A stretch of 59,762 nt of DNA, the filler included, from Diploschistes diacapsis (Eukaryota): NCBI GenBank assembly GCA_023645945.1. It is 5 parts of 5 records of this genome, joined end to end, with 100 filler letters (N's around TTAATTAATTAA, not from the genome) between each part and the next. Parts side by side here need not be neighbours in the genome. Positions count along the whole stretch, not along the records: positions 47,903 to 59,762 come from JALAIB010000794.1; 4 more parts are not named here. One strand, given 5' to 3'. Shown one piece after another: positions 51,416 to 59,762 of the stretch. Position 1 is the first letter of the stretch. Each line of letters begins with the position of its first letter. Under the pieces are notes generated by a model, which worked only from the letters and a program-made list of their open reading frames with translations, had not been told where the DNA came from and searched no databases. Both the position numbers and the translations under genes were made by a program.

Positions 51416-51896
51416 GGAGCCCCTCCAGTTGCATACTTTTTTCAATGCAATATCATGCTAGGGCTCACTTGGACTAGGCAGAAAGAGCATAATTCCCTGC
51501 CTCTCATTGAAGGCATAAAGCTCACGCTGACGGCCTCACTCAGATGAGCTGGGCTCCAATGATTTAATCTATGAAATATCTTGGCGGTCGAGAAGGTTTG
51601 ATGGCTTCGGGTATTGCACAAGCAAATTCTTTGAGAGGCTTACTATTTTGATACCTAGGTAATGAAATTTTATGGAAAGATGAAGTCCTTGTTGGACATG
51701 GGACTCAAGTTCCAAACTTCAAATCTACTATCGCAACATACCGAGTATAGTTATTAAGCCGAAACGATAGTTTATGCTGTCCCAACAAGAAAACTAGAAT
51801 GCTCCTTGAACCATGCGGTCTCTATTCAGCTTCGACCGAGAGACCCGCACAGGGCTTCAAGAAGAGCTTTACTTCCACGAACATCGGGATACCCAA

Positions 51897-54463
51897 TCAC
51901 TCTTCATAGTCAGAGTAGCCCGAGAATTGTCTCTCGGAACGTTTAGAGCGTTGATCCCAAATATCTTCCTCATAAGCCGCTTGTAATAATGGATTTGGAT
52001 CCATTGCTCCGCACACCCGCTGTGCATGATTTGCTATCTGTCGCCACATCTCCTCGTTTGGCTCATAGTTTATGGCATTCTCGATACCATCTGGAAGATA
52101 CATCTCCCTATAATGGAGCTTAGTTAGGAGGGTTTCAATCTGCTCAGCCTGGGCAATTTTATCTGCTTCCAGGCGGCTTATCCTTCGATCCTTTTCGGCG
52201 TACCATGCACGAAAATGGTCCACGTGCTTTTCGATCATGATTTTATCAAGAGTCCGTTTCAGCTCTCGGTTTTCCTCCTCGAGTTCTTTGTTCACCTTCT
52301 TGCAATTCTTGACCTTCTCTGAGGCCTCGAGCTCAAGATTTTGGCCTCGAGCTTCGAATTCATCCCGTTTGGCAGATGCCTGGTCCAGTTCGATACGGAG
52401 ATTTTCTACCTGCGACTGCTGTAATACAGTCTCCTGATCAGCTTTTAGAAGTTGATGCTCCTTGATGCACAGCTTTTTCTCCAGGCCTTCTACAACCGCT
52501 TGTCCTTCACTATATCGCTTGCGCCATTCTTTAGCCTCACCTTGGGCAGTGTTAAGTACCTTCTGAAGTTCCGCGCGGCCTGTCGGTCCTGTGGATTGCG
52601 TCACCTTTTCAATATACTTTGAGATGTTCTCTTCGAGAACTTCATGCTGGTGCATCACTCGACCTGATTGCAGTTCACGGCGGGCAATACGGTCACGCAA
52701 GCCATCTATCTCCATGTCTTTCCTATCGAGTGCACTCACATAGGCGGCCTGAGCGTTTTTAAGCTCACTGAGGTAGCCTTTGGCAGCACGTTCCTGGTTT
52801 AGGATCTCATGTTGCAGTTTCTCGATATGGTTGTCCTTTTCATATTCATGCGGCAAATTACCGTCTCCGACAATAGACTGGAGTCTCTGAAGCTTACCCA
52901 TATAGTATGTTGCCTCGGTGAATGTCCGACCTAGGCGCTTAGCAAGGTTCCCATTATCCTTGATAGCTCTCTCAAGGACTTCCTTGGCTGCAGCAAGCTG
53001 GGGCCCATTTATGTTATACAAGGTCCGCAGTTCGGATACATCGGCTTTGGCCAGTCGTAGCTGACGTTCCAGATCCTGGATGTGCTCTTGCTTCTCTTGA
53101 AGGTCGTTCAAGATGTCCTGTTGTTGCTGCTGCGCGCTTTGGTTGGGTTTATTGCTCTGTGTATGCATCAAGTTCATACCAGTATCAGTACCAGAGGTAT
53201 TTACATCTGGACTGTAACCGTAACCGTCGGCGAATGCACCAAGCTCGAATACAGTCGGCTTATAATCAGCGAAGTCACGCACGATGACATTATCAGCAAG
53301 GGCTGTTCCTACACTAACGACTCTGAGGGAAGAAGTTAAGCGATATCCAGGGCTGGGTGAGGGCATCTTCTTGTCAGCGCATGAGGTGTCAATGAGCTGG
53401 CTAGGTACGGTCGAGGCTGATCCTGGGGTCGTGATGATATTGTGACATCTGGAGATTTGGAGATCTCGAGTGACGGGATCAGTTATAAAACCCGGTGGCG
53501 GGCCAAGGAAGCGTTGTAGCTTCTTATCCGCTGCTTCTAAATGATCTTCACCATCTGAGCTAGCTTTGTAGGTGTCAGAGCCTTTCGGTGTGACGTATGA
53601 AGCGGGAGGTGTGCTCAACCCAGGCGAGCAGTGAAAGTCCACCACGGGCGGTTCTGGGAGTACTTCATCCGTGGTTGGTATCCCCGCAGATGTACCGCCT
53701 TCGTTCATCTCTACCGGCCCTGCGTGTTCATCCATTTCAAGCTTCTGCAATGCTCTAGTTTCAATGACTGGGTCGAACGTCTCAACTTTGCTGAGTTCGC
53801 TAAATGTTTCGAGGGCAATCACCTTTTCCAGATGTTCATCTGTATTGCCGCCCGTCCCGGGAACGCTGTCAGACGAATTTTCTGGGTTAGGATCGTTTTT
53901 GCAAGGAGACTCTGGAGCCTGTTGTGTAGCAAAGTCGACTGTGCTATTGGGCGGAGCATTATGGCTGATTCGAACCACCAGAGTTTTTACTACGGTAGGC
54001 TGCTTTATGACACCTTCAACCGTTAAAGGTTCTGATTCCTCTTCCTCGGTTTTGCCATGGTGACTGACATCGTCCTTCTTCGATACAAGGGTCGTTCCTG
54101 CGCTACCATCAAAGGATTCATCGTTTCGCCTACTTGAATCTTCTGCTGGTTTCAGAGTGCCTGCGTCCTCTTTGAGAGGTTCATTATGCTTTCTTCTATG
54201 CAACTTCTCCTTGAACCCTTGTAAGATGGCCTGGAAGTGTGTCAGCTACGATTGTATAACAGTCTATAAGACATACCCTGCCAGTTCTCGTCACATCTTT
54301 ATGTGCCTTTTTCGCGCTACCCTTCACTTCGGCTAGTACACGCATAGTCTTATGATCTTTACCCAAGGCCGTCTGAGTCTTGTCGAGGTTTAGTTTATTA
54401 AACTTCAATCTCCCATGTTGAACTCACGATAAGATGCTTTGGTTTGAGACTTACGTTTCCCAT
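51897..54463 (-). CDS. Orphan protein with disordered acidic N-half and long coiled-coil C-half (~810 aa), 3 exons
   Basis: 768-codon open frame; upstream exons 54455-54463 (MGN) and 54277-54378 splice in frame via GT-AG introns. Confidence 0.75.
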
Positions 54464-55326
54464 GTTGATGAGAAAATCCGATAAAGATTCCGTAAGTACT
54501 GCGGCTCCCCACCAGTTCTGTATCAGGAATTGAAGGTTGGCAGAGATTCTGGATGGCTGGAGGGAAACAAGTGCTGGATGTTGGAGAGATTCGTGGTGAT
54601 ATGTTGGTGTAATAAAGTAAGTTGAGAATAGAATAATGGATAAAGGTATGCTATTGGATCTGACTGACAAGGTAAGCAGAGATGGAATCTTGAGAGAGTT
54701 ATGCTAATTGATCGAATTGCCAAGGTTAGTTGAAATAGAATGCATGAAACAAGCGACAGAGAAGCCCAGGAACGGTCAACACTTTAAGAGTAGAAAACCG
54801 ACGATCACACAATCTGTAGGAGTGTTAGCCCCTATAACATGTCTATTACCAATATGACACAACCTCGTATTAGAAGCCCACAGTGACTATCTCTAGTATG
54901 TGAGCTGGGGGTAGTGATTTGTTCGCACTCGGGTGTTGAGAGGAGCCAGACTTCCCTCTACACGTTCTCTGCACATAACACGGTTCTGGACGAAAGAGGA
55001 AAAATTCTCAGGGGCTCTCGCTTTGGTCACGTGTTAGGGTTCGGCTGGCCTTTGGATAGTCTGGTAAACTGATACATCACCTGGGATCAAAGATTTACTG
55101 ACGATGTAGCAGTAAATGACCGGGCATCCTCAGATCTGTTGGATCTCAAAGTTAGGTAATTGAAAATGATTTACTAATATTCAAACAGTAATCTGCTGTT
55201 AGTATGGCTTAGATACAGGCTCTTGTAGTATATTCTCCCCGACTAATCTGCCTCCCCCAAATTCGGTATGCGCTCGACCCTGTGGGAGTGCGGCAACCAG
55301 CAACCGGCAATCGGTCTAGATACAGT

Positions 55327-57207
55327 CTAAAAGCTCTCATCCTCCCACTCAGTTTCGACACCGCTATCTGCCTCTTCGAGCTCCGCCTGCTTCATCTCAC
55401 TTTCTCGAATCCAGGCGTACACTGCCCCGATACTAACAATCTTTGGTACGGGTGCGTTCTCTTCTTCCACCATGGTCCGATCACTGCTTCGGGTTTCTGA
55501 GGTCTGACCGCTCATCCCTCCGTTCTTTACGGTCTTTTGATCTGGATTCTTTTGGTGGTCTTCATCTTCAGCAATAGTTTCAACCCACTTCTTGACCTCG
55601 AACATCTCTCTCAACCTCAATTTGGCGCTCAAGCTCATCACCTTCTCCTCTAGCGCTTGCTTCTCTGCCTGGAGGTTGTCAATAGAATACTGGGTTTCCC
55701 TCAATACTGCCTCGGTCCTCTCGTCCAGATACGAGTATTGTAAACGGTGCACCTCCTCCTCAAGCTTAGAGATCTTTGCATCCTGCTGGCGCTCTTTGAC
55801 ATTACTTTCTTCGCGCAAAATCTCGGCCTGCATTTCGACTTCGTTCAACTGCTCCTCCCTAGCTCTCAGAAGCTCCGCTTGCTTTTCGAGTTGATTCTGC
55901 GCCTTCTGCGCACGCGCAACGGCTAGACCTTCCTGGAACAGTGCCTTTTCACGCTGACGCGTGAGATTCGAGTACCGCTGGCTGTAGCGCGAGCTGGCGT
56001 TCCGATAATTCTGCAGCTGTGCGTGTACTATGTTATGAAGCTCCTCGAGAAGTTGCAGCTCCGCCGAGGGAGTGATAGCAGTTTTCATCTTGTTGAAACA
56101 GTCTGTTGTCTTTACTAATAAGCTTCTATTGTCTTTCTTCGCTCTGTCCTTCTCCTCCGTCAGATGATCGATGAATGTGTCTTGGTAAGCCCGCACGCGA
56201 CGCAGCTTGTGTACTTCTTTCTCGATCTCTTTAAGTTCAGCATCTCGACGGTTCTCAAGGATATGCAGTCGCTTCTTCATCTCCTGGTAAGTGAGCTTAC
56301 GTACCTCTACGATTTCTTCGTTCACCTCGGTGCTGCCGTGGTGTGCTTGCTGGTAAAGACGTTGAACCGTTTCGTATTTGCTCGAAAGGAAGGCATACTC
56401 CGACTGGAGCGAACCGAGTTCCTGTTCGGTGCGCGTTTGGTCTTTGCGAGAGATCTCAAGGTCCCTGCGGAGAGCTCCATTTTCATTCTGTGACTTGAGC
56501 AGCTTTGCTTCGAGGCTCGAGATTCTACCATCAGCGGCATTGGTCTGAGCTAGGTGTGCGCACAGAGACGCCAAGCTGACCCTTTTGAGGCTAGCAATTT
56601 TGTCAGTAAGTTCACGCTTCTCCTTCGCCGAAGCTGCTTGTTGCTGCAAGAGAACAAAGTTACCGCCAAGGGATGTAGCCTTTTGTGCTACTGAGTTGAC
56701 CTGAGTATCCTCAAAAACTTCGCTCACTTCGCTACCTGAGGAGAGGACGGCGTCATGGTCATGATGCTTCTCCAAGCTGCTGTTGTCGTCTTTAGTGTCG
56801 TCTCGACGATCACATATGTTCGAGTAGACTTGGTCTCCAATGTCCGCAGGAGCATCTGTCTTCTCTCTCTTCGATCGAAGCAGCGCTTCATCGACATTCT
56901 GTATTTGCAGTTTGTCGTTGCGCTTTGAGTCATGATCTGCTTGGTGTTGGTTACAGGCATGTGTCTGCTTTCCGACCTCTTCATTGTCGGCTTCAGCTGC
57001 TTTTGGCTTCATTGGTTCAAGCGTTGATCTAAGCTTCGGCGGTTTATCATCTAACTTGTTAAATGAAAAGGGCCTGCTGCCGGTGCTCCTGTGGAATGCA
57101 TTAGCCATGAGATCTTTTGTACGGTGAAGTAGCAGCTTTGGTGCTTTCAAACTTCGCTCAGCCCGGAGCTTCACGAACTCGTGAGCACGCTGCATGGATA
57201 GCTGCAT
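55327..57207 (-). CDS. Orphan coiled-coil protein, 626 aa, intronless
   Basis: Long ATG ORF rich in E/K/Q/L heptads. Confidence 0.8.
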   Translation of the reverse strand: MQLSMQRAHEFVKLRAERSLKAPKLLLHRTKDLMANAFHRSTGSRPFSFNKLDDKPPKLRSTLEPMKPKAAEADNEEVGKQTHACNQHQADHDSKRNDKLQIQNVDEALLRSKREKTDAPADIGDQVYSNICDRRDDTKDDNSSLEKHHDHDAVLSSGSEVSEVFEDTQVNSVAQKATSLGGNFVLLQQQAASAKEKRELTDKIASLKRVSLASLCAHLAQTNAADGRISSLEAKLLKSQNENGALRRDLEISRKDQTRTEQELGSLQSEYAFLSSKYETVQRLYQQAHHGSTEVNEEIVEVRKLTYQEMKKRLHILENRRDAELKEIEKEVHKLRRVRAYQDTFIDHLTEEKDRAKKDNRSLLVKTTDCFNKMKTAITPSAELQLLEELHNIVHAQLQNYRNASSRYSQRYSNLTRQREKALFQEGLAVARAQKAQNQLEKQAELLRAREEQLNEVEMQAEILREESNVKERQQDAKISKLEEEVHRLQYSYLDERTEAVLRETQYSIDNLQAEKQALEEKVMSLSAKLRLREMFEVKKWVETIAEDEDHQKNPDQKTVKNGGMSGQTSETRSSDRTMVEEENAPVPKIVSIGAVYAWIRESEMKQAELEEADSGVETEWEDESF

Positions 57208-57960
57208 ATTTGACTAGTGGATCTTCAAGAAGTGACAGTGAGGCCGAGTTCGAAGGCCGAAGGCTGGGTGGAAAGGTTGCTAATTGGAAAAGAGAAGTGG
57301 ACTTGGTCCTCCTTAAGAATTGTCACTTGAATTAGCAGTGTTGAAAAAGGCTTTGTGAGAACCATAAGTCAATATTTACTTTGTTGTCAACAAAGGTCTG
57401 TTGTTGTGTAGGTGTTCAGTAAGATGCAAGGTCGAGTGTTGGGCACATGCTACCGGCTCTATCTAGGTGATCTCTTAGTCTCAAGTCTAGGGGTGGTCCG
57501 CAATGATCAGATTATAGGGGGGCCAGGATAGTGGCTATAGCATGTGGCCTTCTCGAGATGTCAAATCTCTACGGCAACCAACCAGCTAGACGGCACCCTG
57601 TTGCACCCGGATCAGACTTGCTTCAACTATACATACACAGCGAAGAACTGCTTGATGATGCATGACATACAAGCTCCGGAATTTTCCAACTTCTGCTTGA
57701 TCTAGTATTATCCTACGATATCGTCCATCCTGCTGCCGGTGAAGGTCGAAAAGGGGTTTTTGGTCTCAGCAGCATGTCTCTAGGTCTGTATGCCTCACAG
57801 TATTTATAGGTCTGTTTTTGCTTCTTGAACATATTGGCTAATCTAGGAAGCGTCCTTAATACTACGTAGCGGTTACGGCTCCATTATTTGAGTATCCAGT
57901 TTTAGCTCTTCGAACCCCGTCTCGTGCCCTCGCTATTCGGGCTTCGCCAGCGCAGTACCA

Positions 57961-58738
57961 TTATTCAACCTCCTCTACCCCTTTGGCAGGCTTCTTAAGC
58001 TTGCTTGAGCTTAACGCGCGGTGCATCTCATCGCTCAGTTCTTCGAGCGACTCAGCCTCCCTTATCCTCAGATCGACATACCTCAGGAGCTCAGAATCCG
58101 TCATCTTCCTCAAGCGCTGGAAGTCCCCCAAGCGCTTCACTTGTCGAGTAATCATGTGCACCTCTCTATCAAGCCTCAGGACCTTTTTATATTTTCTTAT
58201 ACGGGTCAGTGATCCCTTCGAATTGCCCTAGTTTTCGCTGCTTCTCCTCAATTGTGGTTAGGAGCTCATCGAGTAGATCACCGAACCAGAGGTGCAGCTT
58301 ATCGGGCCTGTTTCCAAGCATCTCCTCCTCTCTGCCTTGCTTCTCCTCTTCCATCCTTTGGAACATCTCCTCCAAAGCAACGAGCCTATCTCGTAAGCCG
58401 CTGTTTTCAGCAACCAACTGACGCTTCTCAGCAGTCACGACAGCCAGATTCGTGTTTAGTTTTTGGACCTCCAAGTTCTCCTGGTTTCCCTCAGTCTTCA
58501 GGTTTCTGTTTTGGATTTCCTGGAGCTCATCCCGGACACTAGCCATCCAGTAAGGCCTTGGAGTCACAGCCTCGCTCCGTTCTCTAGTACAAGGTTTATG
58601 GTCCGGTGGGTCAAATATCCCAGTCTCGTTTTCGTGGAAACTGCCTGGAGAGCTTTCGTACATAACCGCCCTTCGATTAGTTACGTAAAAAGATTCTAAA
58701 GTTAAGAAGAGACTTGATCTTTTAAGGAGAGGTAACAT
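57961..58738 (-). pseudogene. Frameshifted coiled-coil gene (pseudogene or sequencing error)
   Basis: Removing one base from the run at 58192-58195 fuses ...ITDPYKK with YKKVLRLDREVHMITRQ... Confidence 0.5.
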
Positions 58739-59299
58739 GACCTAGCGGTGTATGCCGTCGGATCTGAATCAAGGAAGGCTACAAACCTGATTATCGAGTA
58801 CTAAAATCTGATTTGAAACAAGGAAGGCTGCATTCTAGAATATCGAGTAGTAAAACCTGAAATTCAACAAAGAACATTATACTTTGAACTGTCGAAGGAT
58901 GAGTGGCCCCATCCAAGCAGACAAGAGAAACCCACGGAAGAGAGGTGCTTTCCCGGAGCGCTTGAAAGGGCTTCTTCATGAGAGTGGACAATACTCGCAA
59001 GAGTGCAACCCTCATACTCCTGACCCTACCACACATGAGGACGCCTGGCATACCATGGCCCCTAGAGGTTCTCCAACAAAGAAAAAGACATAACGACATT
59101 GTTCACGACTGTGATCTTTGGATGGCTTTAACAAAGGGGAGACGATTATTCCCGTCTTTGTCTAGTATGGGAACCTCCAGTGACGAGAGCACCGTGGGCT
59201 ATCGCAAGGTCTTGTACCAACGTCCAATACGCGAAGCAACTGCTTTTTTCGCAGAGCGTGGAGTGAATCTAATTCAGTGGACTTTACGAGCATTGAAAG

Positions 59300-59762
59300 T
59301 TTCTCCTTGGGTCATATAACGAGGTAGGAGTAGTTTGGGGTCTCCGATACTTGTGGGGAAGCGCCTTGGAGCCGCAGAGCAACTCAAGCCTTCCTCATGG
59401 GCTTTTCTCTGAATAAGTGAGCTGGCCGACTTGCTGAACGACCTGAACTTGGAAATCGGAGTTGAGCTTGTTTAGGTGCGTCCCCCTTTAGACTTTCTAA
59501 GTGGGTGCAAGGTGCGCCTTCAGGGCTTCGAAGAGGGCCTGCAACCTGTGCAATTTGTATGATAAGATCGTCACGAAGACTCCCGCAGTGCGTGTTCGAG
59601 AGAGAAAGGTCTCCAAGTTTCTGTCTGCAATTATTACGTTCTATCATCTACCGTTTATCCTCCATCCGTCGTTGGTCTGCCTCCCACGGCTTCACCCTTC
59701 GCAACTACTCTTTCACTTGCAATCTGGTACTTCCCCCCCTTCCATAATCTCCTACTCCCACC
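59300..59762 (-). pseudogene. Degenerate coiled-coil-like coding remnant
   Basis: LQVKE*LRRVKPW...MEDKR*MIERNNCRQKL, then a shifted frame LQALFEALKAHLAPT*KV*; stops at 59705, 59648, 59497, 59488. Confidence 0.3.

Overview
Gene-dense, intron-containing DNA of a filamentous ascomycete (Pezizomycotina-type GT-AG introns with RCTRAY branch sites). The window is not contiguous. It is five contigs of decreasing length (11880, 11880, 11875, 11867, 11860 bp) joined by identical artificial 100-bp N44-TTAATTAATTAA-N44 spacers, so linkage across spacers is meaningless. Recognisable genes are mostly housekeeping: MDR oxidoreductase, EDC4/Pdc1-like decapping scaffold, complex I NDUFA8, Fet3/Abr1-like multicopper oxidase, PhoD-like phosphatase, MOB2, LEO1, Tgl-like patatin, sarcosine/pipecolate-type oxidase, SR protein Srp2, RPT5, trimethyllysine dioxygenase, HMT1, CKB1, a Zn2Cys6 transcription factor, a Baeyer-Villiger-type monooxygenase, an SDR and aspartokinase. 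The most interesting unexplained items are: (1) a ~740-nt, strand-polarised, highly structured non-coding island downstream of CKB1 that looks like an unclassified ncRNA; (2) a spliced gene for a 58-aa Cys-rich peptide with a TATA box and 5'UTR intron; (3) a DDX60-like helicase relic with RIP-type stops; (4) a tandem array of diverged orphan coiled-coil paralogues that decays toward the contig end; (5) several regulatory-splicing signals and an apparently catalytically dead patatin. All calls come from manual reading and remembered family motifs; no database search or folding computation was run.
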